The notes under the pieces were generated by a model, which did not search any database, was not told the DNA's origin, and was given only the letters and a program-made list of their open reading frames with translations. Source: Candidatus Sericytochromatia bacterium (GTDB lineage: Bacteria; Cyanobacteriota; Sericytochromatia; UBA7694; JACMQJ01). Taken from it: 64,000 bases of DNA. The DNA lies in assembly GCA_046328015.1 (NCBI GenBank), contig JAXLXH010000001.1, forward strand, positions 3,173,135-3,237,134. Direction: 5' to 3'. Shown here piece after piece: positions 19,628 through 30,148 of this stretch (within the stretch, counting starts at the first letter, position 1; every line of letters begins with the position of its first letter). The translations under genes and the position numbers were made by a program.

Positions 19628-21205
19628 ATGAAACATGTTTTTTTAATTGATTCGGTTGAAAAAGAGATAAGACAAGGTAGTTCAGTACTTGGAAGAAGTT
19701 CAGATAATGCTATTTCTATATCTGAAGCTTCTGTTTCATCTAAACATTTACTTATATCTAATTTTTCTGATTATATAGAAATTTTAGATTTAAATAGTAG
19801 TAATGGTACTTTTATTAATGGAACTAAACTTAATCCTTTTATTCCTCAAAAAGTAAAAAATGGTGATAATATAACCTTAGGAAGATATACTATATCTTAT
19901 AAAGCTAATAATGATGTTTCAACTTCTTCTAAACCAGTAGTTCCTCCTCCTATGATTAATCAATCAATAAGAAAAGATGTTACTGTTATGGCTAAATTCG
20001 ATCCTAAAGAATTTATGAACTTGATTAATGAATCAAAAACAGAAACAGAAATGCAAAAAGCTAGTAAAAGATTAACTTTTTTATATTCTTTTGGACAAAA
20101 AATAGGTAAGATTATAGAGCTAAAAGATTTATTTGCTTTTGTAATAAAAGAAGTTTCAACCCTATTCCCAGAAGCTGATAGAGCTTTGATTTTTGATGTT
20201 TATGGAACAGATTATAAACCAACTTTTTTTCTTAAGAATGGTATAGATACCCCAATTGAAGAATCTAAATACTCTAAATCTATAGTTGAAATGGCAATAG
20301 AAGAGAAACATGGTTTTATTGCCTCAGATTTAAAAAGTGGACAAGATATAGATACTAGTAAATCTATTTTAGCTCTAAATTTACAATGTACCATGATAGT
20401 TCCTTTTATTGTAGATAATGAAATTTTTGGTTTATTACAATTAGATTCAACTAAAAAAATAAGTGCTTTTAATCAAGAAGATTTAACTATGTTATCTGGT
20501 ATTAGTAATCAAATAGCAGTTAATATTAAAAATAAAATGCTTATTGAAGAAATGAATAGACAAGAAAAAGTAAAAAGCTCTTTAGAAAGATATTTAGGCC
20601 CTAAAATGGTTACACATCTTATTGATAATAAAATTAATTTAGATCAAAAAGGCGAAGAAAGATTTGGAACAGTTCTATTTTCTGATATAAGAGGTTTTAC
20701 TTCATTATCAGAAAAATTAGAACCTAAACAAATAATTGAAATCTTAACTTTATATTTTAGTAAAATGACCGAAATTATCTTTAGATATGACGGTTTTATA
20801 GATAAATTTATTGGGGATGCTATTTTTTGTATATTTGGAATACCTTTATATCAAGACGATCATGCTGATAGAGCTGTAAAAACTGCTATAGAAATGAAAA
20901 AAGAATTAGAAATCTTGAATAAAACTATAGTAAGAGATTTTGGTATAGAAATAAAAATAGGTATTGGTATAAATACAGGTAAATTTGTATATGGTAATAT
21001 AGCTTCTATGGATAGACCAGAAGTAACTATTCTAGGTGATACTGTTAATACAGCAGAAAGACTATGTTCTTCTGCAAGAAAAAGTGAAATATTTATTTCT
21101 ACTGAGTGTAAAAATAATCTTCAAAATCAGTATATAATACAAGATCAAGGATTATTTTCTTTAAAAGGTAAAGAAGAAAAAGTTAATATTTATAGCATTG
21201 AATAA
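19628..21205 (+). CDS. FHA-GAF-class III adenylate/guanylate cyclase
   Basis: FHA-like LGRSSDNAISI...SSNGTFINGTKL; cyclase blocks GTVLFSDIRGFTSLSE, FIGDAIFCIFG, GDTVNTAERL. Confidence 0.8.
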   Translation: MKHVFLIDSVEKEIRQGSSVLGRSSDNAISISEASVSSKHLLISNFSDYIEILDLNSSNGTFINGTKLNPFIPQKVKNGDNITLGRYTISYKANNDVSTSSKPVVPPPMINQSIRKDVTVMAKFDPKEFMNLINESKTETEMQKASKRLTFLYSFGQKIGKIIELKDLFAFVIKEVSTLFPEADRALIFDVYGTDYKPTFFLKNGIDTPIEESKYSKSIVEMAIEEKHGFIASDLKSGQDIDTSKSILALNLQCTMIVPFIVDNEIFGLLQLDSTKKISAFNQEDLTMLSGISNQIAVNIKNKMLIEEMNRQEKVKSSLERYLGPKMVTHLIDNKINLDQKGEERFGTVLFSDIRGFTSLSEKLEPKQIIEILTLYFSKMTEIIFRYDGFIDKFIGDAIFCIFGIPLYQDDHADRAVKTAIEMKKELEILNKTIVRDFGIEIKIGIGINTGKFVYGNIASMDRPEVTILGDTVNTAERLCSSARKSEIFISTECKNNLQNQYIIQDQGLFSLKGKEEKVNIYSIE

Positions 21206-21222
21206 AAATAAATATATTTAAA

Positions 21223-22119
21223 CTATAAAAATGGAAAAGGTCTCATATCTAAACCTATATCAATAAGTTTTTTTATATCATCTTTTACATTAGTAACTAA
21301 TTCTTTTATTTTTTCTGGGTCATTTATAGTTTCTTCATCATAATGGCTTACATTAATAGGTGAACCAAAAACAATTCTATATTTAGAAGGAAGTGGGAAA
21401 GCACCTAAAGGACCAAAAAGAGGCCAAAAAGGCGTTACTGGGAAACTAGGTATTTTTAATAATTTTGCTAAAGGTTTAAAATCAAATAAAACCATAGCTT
21501 GTTCTACACTACCAGTTACACCAATTGGAATAATAGGAACTTTTTTTCTTATAGCTAATTCCATAAAACCAACATTGAAATCTTCTAATTCGTAGTATTT
21601 ATAACAAGGTTTTGCTGCTCCTTTTGCTCCTTCTGGAAATATTTGTAATAACTCACCTGAATCTAAAATTATTTCTGCATTTTCATAAGTACCGATTACT
21701 TGACCTACTCTAGTTAAGAAAGTATAAACATAAGGAAATTTAGGGAAAAATCGTTCTACTAATGTTCTTACTAATCTGGGTTTTTGTTTTTTTAACATTA
21801 TAGCGGTTACTATATGAGCTGCATCCATAGCAATTACTCCACCATGATTTGCAATTAGTAAGGCGGCTCCTTTATTAGGTACATTATCAATTCCATAAAC
21901 TTCTACTCTATTCCAATAGTTATAAAAAAAGTTAGAACAAAGAGCTGCTAATTTTATATATTCTTTTCTTATTCCAAAAGGATCATTTTCTGGTATTTCA
22001 ATAGCATCTATTTTATCCGTAACTTCTTTAGTCAAAAATTTACTAAAAGTAGAATTATTTATTTCATGAAAAAGGTTATCTAATTGATGAAATGTAGTAC
22101 TTATAAGTTGTGTAATCAT
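21223..22119 (-). CDS. lysophospholipid acyltransferase-like protein (PlsC superfamily, tentative)
   Basis: LLIANHGGVIAMD and FPEGAKG resemble acyltransferase blocks I and III; His-Asp spacing atypical. Confidence 0.5.
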   Translation of the reverse strand: MITQLISTTFHQLDNLFHEINNSTFSKFLTKEVTDKIDAIEIPENDPFGIRKEYIKLAALCSNFFYNYWNRVEVYGIDNVPNKGAALLIANHGGVIAMDAAHIVTAIMLKKQKPRLVRTLVERFFPKFPYVYTFLTRVGQVIGTYENAEIILDSGELLQIFPEGAKGAAKPCYKYYELEDFNVGFMELAIRKKVPIIPIGVTGSVEQAMVLFDFKPLAKLLKIPSFPVTPFWPLFGPLGAFPLPSKYRIVFGSPINVSHYDEETINDPEKIKELVTNVKDDIKKLIDIGLDMRPFPFL

Positions 22120-22136
22120 TTTTTCTCTTTTTTATA

Positions 22137-24155
22137 TTATTTATAAATCTCCAATGTAGCCAAAACATATTTAGCTTCACTCCAAGTTAGAGGTAAAGAA
22201 CTAACCCAGATTTTTTTATTTTCATCAAATTGTTCACCTAACATCAAAGAACCTGTAGTATAAGCATAATTAGTAATAGATTGATGTAATTGTTCGGCTT
22301 GAGATTTTCTACCTGATTTAGCCAAATATATTGCTAACCAATCCGTTGTTGCAGGCCAAGGTTGACCATCATAATATTGATCTCCTGTATATCTTTTTAT
22401 TCCATTTTGACCAGATTTTAAATCTTTATAAATTTTATCTGCTGTCGAAACAATTCTTGGATCGTTTGCAGGAAAAACATTAAATGGATAACTTAAACCT
22501 AAATTTGCAGCTTCTACAGATAAATCTTTTTCATTATTTTCAGTATTCATACCTCTAATATAATATTTACCGTTTTCATCCCATAAATTATCATAAATAG
22601 CTTGTTTTATTTTTTCTGAATGAGTTGAATATTTTAGTTTTAAATCATTATTACCCAAAACAGAGGCTATTTCACTTGCAGAACGCAACCCAGCTACTAC
22701 TGCAGCATTAGTAAAAGTCCAAGATTTATCTGTATGTAATTCCCATAAATCTCTACAAGAAGTCATTAAATTTTTATCTGTAGTATAACGAATCAAAAAT
22801 TCACTAGCTCTTTTTACGGCATCCCATTTATCTCTTAGCCAATTTATATCTTTAGTTTTTTTATAATAATCATTAATTGCCCAAATAACTGTACCTACTT
22901 GATCATGCTCATTTTTAAGATCTCCAAAATCCCAAAGTGGCTTACTACCATCCATAAAAAAGTTTACTGCCCACCCACCATTAGGTTTTTGTTGTTTTAT
23001 TATAAAATCTAAAAAGTTTTTAGCTTCTTGAGTATAACCAGCTTCCATATAAGCTTGAGCTGAAATACAACCATCTCTTGGCCAAGTAAAAGCATAAACT
23101 GGGGTTAATAAAACTGGAGCTGCAATAATAGCACCGCTATTAGCTGTATTTTGTTTCATTGTGATTAAAGCTCTTCTATAAACTTTGTTTATATCTTTAG
23201 ATACATTAGGTTTTTTAGCTTTAGCTAACCAATTTTTCCAATAAGTTAAATCATTCTTTTTAATATCATTCCAAGAGGTATTTTTAGCTTTATTAAAATT
23301 ACTTTGAGCAGAGTAAAAATCTTTTCCTGCACTTATATAATAAGTCATTTCAAAAGTTTCACCAGCTTTTAGCTCCTTAACATTATGTCCCAAGCTTCCA
23401 TTAACACCTAATCCTATACCTGCTTTAGATGACTCATTATTTTTTAAATTTCCATCTTCTGCATCTTTTCTAGCATCATAACTTTTTGCTAAAGGAACTA
23501 AATTTTCAGCTCCACCACACTGCCATTGTTCTGGTGTTTTTTCTGAAGCAATAATAAAAACTGTGCCAGAGCCCTTATGAACCAAATAACCATTTTCTTT
23601 ATCATATTCTAGGGTATCACCAGAACCAACATAATTTACAGTTATAAATTCATAAAAGAAAGTTTTTAAATCTTTAATTGTTTCGGAAGAATTATTTTTT
23701 ATTTCTAAATGTCGTACTAAAGTATCATTATCTTTTATTACCAAATCTGATGTTTTCATAGAAAGCTTATTATCTTTGGTTTTAAATTCACTAGTAATTA
23801 TCCCAGAATCTTCTATTACTTCTTGTTTTACTAAATCCGTATCATGAAACCAATTTAACTTTCCATCATAAAAAATACCATTATAAGCATCCCATAAATG
23901 ATCTTTAGTATAATTAGGATAAAAAAGTTCTACTAAAGCACCTGCTTTAGCTCCTCTTCCATAACTTCTAGAAACAACTGCACTTAAATTACCATTAGCT
24001 GTTTGTGCAAAATTAGGAGAATCCCCTAAAAATTTAGAAACAATTTCCCTATTTATCTCAGATTTTTGTTCTGGTTCTAAAGTTGTTTCAGGATTTATTT
24101 TATTGCAAGATACAACTAGTAATATAGATGTTAATGAAGCTAAAATTTTTTTCAT
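22137..24155 (-). CDS. glycoside hydrolase family 15 (glucoamylase-like) lipoprotein
   Basis: Lipobox LLVVSC; GH15-like FTWPRDG and RDLWEL blocks. Confidence 0.7.
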   Translation of the reverse strand: MKKILASLTSILLVVSCNKINPETTLEPEQKSEINREIVSKFLGDSPNFAQTANGNLSAVVSRSYGRGAKAGALVELFYPNYTKDHLWDAYNGIFYDGKLNWFHDTDLVKQEVIEDSGIITSEFKTKDNKLSMKTSDLVIKDNDTLVRHLEIKNNSSETIKDLKTFFYEFITVNYVGSGDTLEYDKENGYLVHKGSGTVFIIASEKTPEQWQCGGAENLVPLAKSYDARKDAEDGNLKNNESSKAGIGLGVNGSLGHNVKELKAGETFEMTYYISAGKDFYSAQSNFNKAKNTSWNDIKKNDLTYWKNWLAKAKKPNVSKDINKVYRRALITMKQNTANSGAIIAAPVLLTPVYAFTWPRDGCISAQAYMEAGYTQEAKNFLDFIIKQQKPNGGWAVNFFMDGSKPLWDFGDLKNEHDQVGTVIWAINDYYKKTKDINWLRDKWDAVKRASEFLIRYTTDKNLMTSCRDLWELHTDKSWTFTNAAVVAGLRSASEIASVLGNNDLKLKYSTHSEKIKQAIYDNLWDENGKYYIRGMNTENNEKDLSVEAANLGLSYPFNVFPANDPRIVSTADKIYKDLKSGQNGIKRYTGDQYYDGQPWPATTDWLAIYLAKSGRKSQAEQLHQSITNYAYTTGSLMLGEQFDENKKIWVSSLPLTWSEAKYVLATLEIYK

Positions 24156-24755
24156 ATATTTTTTAATTCTTACTGAAACTATTATATTTATCTTATAGAT
24201 TATACTACAATAAAGGTTGTGTTAAAAATTTTTATTTTTGTTTGGGTGTATGAAATTCTACATTATATTAATAGAAATATTTTTTGAAAGTTAACTTATA
24301 ATATTTTAGCCACGGATTACACTAATTACACTAATAATAGCTCTTTTAAAAAACTATTTTTTTATATTTTTTATCCGTGTTTTCTGTGAAATCTGTGGCT
24401 AGACAAAAAACTAAATGTTATTTTTCATACGCCATTTTTGTTTATTTGGTTACTTACTTAGAATATAAAAATATGATACCAAAAACAGCTTTTTTCAATA
24501 TTATTAGGTTATCAGTAATAAAGAATGAACAAATTTTCGCACTGAAATATGAATGCATATTGAAAGCATGAAAAAATTTTAGAAGTTTTTTAATAAAAAA
24601 AAAATTTGGAGGTAAAATATATAATTTTAACCTAAAAAGTAATATACCAAAAAAAGAGAAAAAAGAAAGCCCCCAAAGTCAGAAAAGTTAGAGAAAATTA
24701 ATTTTGCCAGCAGTTATTTTGCGTCTATAAAAAATTTTTTTCCAAATTTCCATAC

Positions 24756-25893
24756 TTGGATAAGTCAATTAAAAGATTTCCGCCAAGAGAAAAATGCCAT
24801 TATCAAATACATGAGATTATAAATTTAAGCTTAATACTCTTTAGTTTCACAGGTTCAAGGAGAAACTATAATATTGAGTTAAGCAAAATAGAAGCAAAAG
24901 AATTTCTAAATAAAGCTTTTAACTTAAATTTGATAAGTATTCCCAATGGAGATACTTTGGCATATTTTGGAATAAATTTCAAATATCAGAATTGGAAAAA
25001 TTAACCTATAAAATGTCAAATAAATTATTAAGAAGTAGACAGTTAGAAATTACAGGTTAGGAATATATTATCTGATAGCAATAGATGGAACAGAGATTTA
25101 TCGTTTTACTGAAAAACATTGTGAACATTGTCTTTATGAAACAAGAAATGGTAAAAAACAATATTTTCATAGGGATACTAGAAGCTAAAATAGTAACATC
25201 AAATGGATTAGCAATATCAGTTGCAACAGAGTTTATTGAGAATCCAGCAGATAAAGAATTTGATAAACAAGATTGTGAACTTAAAGCATTTTATCGTCTT
25301 TCAGAAAAAATAAAGAAATTTTTTCCAAGATTAAAAATTTGTCTGCTTCTTGATGGATTATATCCAAATGCCAGTGTACTAAAAATCTGTAATACCCATA
25401 ATTGGAAATACATAATTACTTTTAAGGAAGGTAATTTAAAAACAGTATGGGAGGACTTCAATGGGTTCTTTGAAAATAGGGAGACTGCAATAGGAGGAAA
25501 GATTGAATTACCAGAGATTAAAGATAAAGAAACAATGTATCGAGGATGAATAAAATTGAATATTCCGAATTTGAAATAAATATTTTTGCTAAATATTTTA
25601 ATGAAAAAGTAGTAAGAGCCTTTATTACAAACTTTAAGATAAAATCTGAAAATTTATTAAAAATTGAATCTAATGCTCAGTTGAGATGGAAGATGAAAAA
25701 TGAAGGTTTTGATACTCAAAAGCATCATGGTTACAATCTTGAACACATTTATACTAAAAAACCTAATGGTATGAAAGTTGTTTATCTGTTAATTCAGATA
25801 GCTCACATAATAAACCAGTTATTCTTAAAGGCAGATGTTTTAAAAGTTTTATCAAACAATTTATCAATAAAATATATTTTTCTAAATTATTAG
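24756..25893 (+). pseudogene. degraded DDE transposase, split into three frames
   Basis: ORF fragments of 82, 154 and 115 aa; manual frame gives IDGTEIYRFTEKHCEHCLYETRNGKKQYFH then stop; LLDGLYPNASVL second-Asp-like block. Confidence 0.55.
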
Positions 25894-26278
25894 GTGGAAT
25901 ATTACTTGGCTGGATAAAAGATTTTGAACTAATTTTTGAAAGTTTTGAGAATAAACCTTTTCAACTAAAATTTAATACATCATAACTCTCTAACAAAAAA
26001 AAATTAAAAGGAGGTGCTTTATAGAATAATTTATTATTAATTCTTGATATTTGTGAAATTAATTTTCCATTTCTTTGTTATGCTTAAATTTTATTCTTAT
26101 TAGCTTTTTCTTTTTTTACTTTAACTTTAATTTTATTTTTCTTCTGAATGTTTTTTTATTACAAAATATTATTCTTAACTACTGTTAGGTTATTTGAGAG
26201 ATTGACCAAAAAGAATAATTATAATATAATAAATCATTACTTTAAAAATTGTTAGTAGTTTTTATTTAGGAATAAACT

Positions 26279-27841
26279 TTGCCTGTTAGTCTTGAATCCT
26301 TAAATCATTATGGAAAAGAACTCCAAGAAAAGGGAGATTTTTATTCTGCTGCACAAGTTTATGAAAATGCTTATACGTTCATTTATAAAGAAGCTGATAA
26401 TGAGGAGTATAAAGAGCAGTTATCAAATAAGGATATTATAAAAGATATTATCTATAATTTAAGTTTCTGTTTTGAAAAAATAAAAAATTACGAAAAAGCT
26501 TCTTATTATATAAAACATGCTTACGCTATGTTTCCAGATGATTCTAAAATAACTTACTCTGTTCTAAAAAGTTATTTATTACAAAATAATTTAAAAAAAT
26601 CAGCTAATTTATATATTAAAGTTGCAAATATTACTTCTGAAGAAGAAAAAGCCAAAATTTTATTGTATTCAGAAGAAAAAAGAAATAGTTACAAATATGG
26701 CTCTACTTTTATAAAGATATTAAAAAATGTACTAGCTTTAGATTTAGTTAATGAAGAAGATAAACAATTATTTAATAACAAAATTGTAGAAATAGATTCA
26801 TCTCTAAAACACCCAAAAATTTCTACTTGTATTATTACTAAAAATGATGAAAAAACTATTAGACAAACTTTAGAAAGTTTTCAAAAAGTTTCTTTTGAAA
26901 TTATAGTATTTGATTTAGGTTCTACAGATGAAACTAAATCTATAGCAGCTGAATATGCTTCAGTAAATAGTTTTGAGTTTAAAAATGATTATTCTGAAGT
27001 AAAAAATGCTATGATAAAAAAATCCAAATCAGATTGGTTATTATTTGCAAATTCAAATGATTTTTTGACAAAAGAAACTGAAGAAGATTTATTAATGTAT
27101 TTACATGATCAAGAAACTGAAGATCCAAATTCTGTTTATTATATAAATAAAATAGATGTAGAAAAAATGGGTAATCAATTAATATTTTATTATAAACCAT
27201 TTTTGTTTAGAAATAATCAAGGTATACATTTTAGAAGATCTGTTCATGAGGAAGTTTTTCATCCTGAAAAAGAACTAAAAAAAATCTATTGTTATTCTTT
27301 AGAGATGAAAAATCAGACAAAACAAAAATCTGAAGAAGAGTTTTTTGAATCTGAAATGAACTATAGGAAAATGCTAGATCAGGCTATTTTACATAATCAA
27401 GATACAGCTGATAATTACTATTATTATCATTTTTCAGCTATAAATTATAGTATTCATGGAGAAACTAAAAAAGCCCTAGAAGATCATTATAAAGCACTAG
27501 GACTATATAAACAAAAATTTCCAGATAAAAAAGATGATTTTTATTTATATATATTAATGGCTATTGTTAAGTTTTTATCTGAAAAAACTAATAATTTTGA
27601 TGCAACTAAAGCTTTTGTTGATAAAGTTTTGGATATAAAACCAGATTATCCAGATGCTTTGTATTATCTAGGAACTTATTATGAAAAAACAGGTAATACT
27701 GAAAAAGCTGTAGAGTATTATCAAAAAGCTTTGGAACTACTACAAGACAAATGGCATAAAATTAAAAACACAGAATTACCATCTATTGGAGAAAGTTTAG
27801 TTTATACTCTAAGTGAAAAGTTTGAAAACTTTGTTTGGTAA
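26279..27841 (+). CDS. family-2 glycosyltransferase with flanking TPR-like repeats
   Basis: GT2 core STCIITKNDEKTIRQTLESFQKVSFEIIVFDLGSTDET; track start is TTG. Confidence 0.65.
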   Translation: MPVSLESLNHYGKELQEKGDFYSAAQVYENAYTFIYKEADNEEYKEQLSNKDIIKDIIYNLSFCFEKIKNYEKASYYIKHAYAMFPDDSKITYSVLKSYLLQNNLKKSANLYIKVANITSEEEKAKILLYSEEKRNSYKYGSTFIKILKNVLALDLVNEEDKQLFNNKIVEIDSSLKHPKISTCIITKNDEKTIRQTLESFQKVSFEIIVFDLGSTDETKSIAAEYASVNSFEFKNDYSEVKNAMIKKSKSDWLLFANSNDFLTKETEEDLLMYLHDQETEDPNSVYYINKIDVEKMGNQLIFYYKPFLFRNNQGIHFRRSVHEEVFHPEKELKKIYCYSLEMKNQTKQKSEEEFFESEMNYRKMLDQAILHNQDTADNYYYYHFSAINYSIHGETKKALEDHYKALGLYKQKFPDKKDDFYLYILMAIVKFLSEKTNNFDATKAFVDKVLDIKPDYPDALYYLGTYYEKTGNTEKAVEYYQKALELLQDKWHKIKNTELPSIGESLVYTLSEKFENFVW

Positions 27842-27863
27842 ATAAACAAGTGAGAATTAATCA

Positions 27864-28217
27864 ATGAGAATTAAAAATAGACTTTTAAATTATATAAAAA
27901 TAATATTTTCGGCTTTATTATTTACTTTAATAATAACTTTCCCTGTTATGTCTTATTCGCCTTATTTAGATCAAGCAAAAGAGATTTACCATCTTAATTC
28001 TTTAAAATGTGAAACTTGTCATATAGGAAAAAATTTAAATAGTTATGGCAAAGATTTTAAAAATACTATAAAAATACAAAAAGATATTACCAAAACATTT
28101 TTAGAACTAAATAATTTAGATAGTGATGAAGATGGAGTTAGTAATTATGATGAAATAATTGCTAATTTTAATCCTGGTGACAAATTTAGTTATCCTAAAA
28201 ATGAAAAAAAGAAGTAA
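27864..28217 (+). CDS. small secreted protein, hypothetical
   Basis: Signal/TM segment; CETCH motif. Confidence 0.5.
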   Translation: MRIKNRLLNYIKIIFSALLFTLIITFPVMSYSPYLDQAKEIYHLNSLKCETCHIGKNLNSYGKDFKNTIKIQKDITKTFLELNNLDSDEDGVSNYDEIIANFNPGDKFSYPKNEKKK

Positions 28218-28884
28218 AAAATTAGAAATACTTGATTTAGATAATATTCATTCTCATTATATTTTCCAAAATTTAAAAGAATTAGAAGTAATTAATACTT
28301 ATTTAGGTGGTTTTAAAATATCTATAGAAGGGCTAAATTATTTTATTAATGATAATTCTAAAAAATATTTAGTTGCAGATCTTGGGTGTGGAGGTGGAGA
28401 TTTTTTAAAGTATGCATCTGATTATTTTTATAAGAAAAATTTTAATATAGATTTTTTAGGTTATGATTTAAAACCAGAATGTATCAGTTATGCAAAAAAA
28501 ATTTGTACTAATAATAATAACATATCCTTAATTCAAAAAGATTTTGATGAAATTTTTTATGCTAAAAATAAACCTGATATAGTTCATGTCTCTCTTTTTT
28601 TACATCATTTAGAGGAAAATAAAATAATAAATTTTATACAAAAATGTATTGATAATAAGATTAAATTAGTAATTAATGATTTGGAAAGACATCCTTTGGC
28701 ATATCATAGTATAAGTATTATTACTAGCATATTATCTAAATCAGAATTAGTAAAAAATGATGCCAAATTATCTGTAGCCAAAGGTTTTATAGATAATGAT
28801 TGGAAAGAGATATTTAAAAATTTTAATACCAAAATTACTATACTTAAACGTTTTCCATTTAGATATTTAATTTTGATTGAATAA
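28159..28884 (+). CDS. class I SAM-dependent methyltransferase
   Basis: Motif I YLVADLGCGGGDFLKY; true start probably the internal ATG near 28201. Confidence 0.65.
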   Translation: MLILILVTNLVILKMKKRSKKLEILDLDNIHSHYIFQNLKELEVINTYLGGFKISIEGLNYFINDNSKKYLVADLGCGGGDFLKYASDYFYKKNFNIDFLGYDLKPECISYAKKICTNNNNISLIQKDFDEIFYAKNKPDIVHVSLFLHHLEENKIINFIQKCIDNKIKLVINDLERHPLAYHSISIITSILSKSELVKNDAKLSVAKGFIDNDWKEIFKNFNTKITILKRFPFRYLILIE

Positions 28885-28904
28885 GTTACTTAAGATATAA
28901 CAAG

Positions 28905-29543
28905 CTATTTAGAATATAATTTTTTATAATAACTAAGAAATAAATTATCTTTTTCTGTTGAATTAGAGGCTAATTTGTTTAAAAAAAATAAATCTTTTTC
29001 TCGTCTAGTTTTATTAGATTCAATACTTATTTTTTCTAATAAATTAGTTTCATTATTTTTGTAAAATTCTTTATCTATAAAATTATCTTTTAATTCAAAA
29101 GCATATAATATTAAATCTTGGAATAATTCTACTTTTTCTTTAAAAAAATCTGAATTATCTTTACTTAAAAAAATAAAATTACCAAATTCAAATTTGAAGG
29201 GGAAAAAACTAACTTTTTCTAAATCAATTAGTTGTTTTTTTGTTATTAAATAATTTAATTTTGATAAATTAACTTTTTCCAAATTAAAACTAGAAAAAGT
29301 TTCAAAACAAAATAAAAGATCTTTATTAGTAAAATTTATGTCATCTGTTAATTTAGAATAAAATAAGCCCTTTTCTATAGAAAATCTATATAGCTCATTA
29401 TTAAAAAGAGCATTTAAATTTCCTATTTGATAAAATCTTTCTAGCTTAATCTCATAAAAAAAATTAAGAATAATATTTATAATACTTTTTTCTAATAATT
29501 TTCTTTTTTCTAATTGATAATCAAGAGCAAAAGATTTTATCAT
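28905..29543 (-). CDS. hypothetical protein
   Basis: 212-aa ORF, no motif recognised. Confidence 0.5.
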   Translation of the reverse strand: MIKSFALDYQLEKRKLLEKSIINIILNFFYEIKLERFYQIGNLNALFNNELYRFSIEKGLFYSKLTDDINFTNKDLLFCFETFSSFNLEKVNLSKLNYLITKKQLIDLEKVSFFPFKFEFGNFIFLSKDNSDFFKEKVELFQDLILYAFELKDNFIDKEFYKNNETNLLEKISIESNKTRREKDLFFLNKLASNSTEKDNLFLSYYKKLYSK

Positions 29544-29722
29544 TTTATCTAAAATTATTTCCTAGTGTAAAATTTCCGTTGGAAAATTAAAAAAGCTAAC
29601 ATCTATTAAACTACAGATTAAACAGATGCAACAGATATACACAGATTTATTTATTAATAATTTGTAGATAATCCGTTTAATGTGTGTAATATGTAGTTTA
29701 AAATATTCTATCAACACTTTTT

Positions 29723-30010
29723 TTATTTAGATGCTGTAGCACTTGGAGTAGCACTAGTTGATGGTTTAGGAGATGTACTAGCACTTGGAGCTACACTAGC
29801 AGTTGGAGTTTTACTAGCTGTAGGATTAGCTACTGTACTTGGAGCTGTAGAACTTGGAGTTGTAGAAGGATTAAGTGATACTTGAGCTACAGGGGCTGAA
29901 GCTGAAGAACTTGTTACAGGGCCATTTTTAGGAGGAGCGTATTTATCTTCACAAGAAGCAAATAAGGTGACTGATAATATAGAAAAAACTACTAAACTTT
30001 TTGATTTCAT
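29723..30010 (-). CDS. small Ser/Thr/Pro/Ala-rich lipoprotein
   Basis: Lipobox LFASC; low-complexity tail; locally GC-richer. Confidence 0.55.
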   Translation of the reverse strand: MKSKSLVVFSILSVTLFASCEDKYAPPKNGPVTSSSASAPVAQVSLNPSTTPSSTAPSTVANPTASKTPTASVAPSASTSPKPSTSATPSATASK

Positions 30011-30148
30011 GAATTTTTTACCTTATATATTTTGATATATAACAATAAAATATATTAACATATTTATCTATTGATAGCTAGTTCACAGTGTTTTTATATA
30101 AAATGGTTTATACTTAACAAGTATTAATATTTTTATTTTTTTATTATT

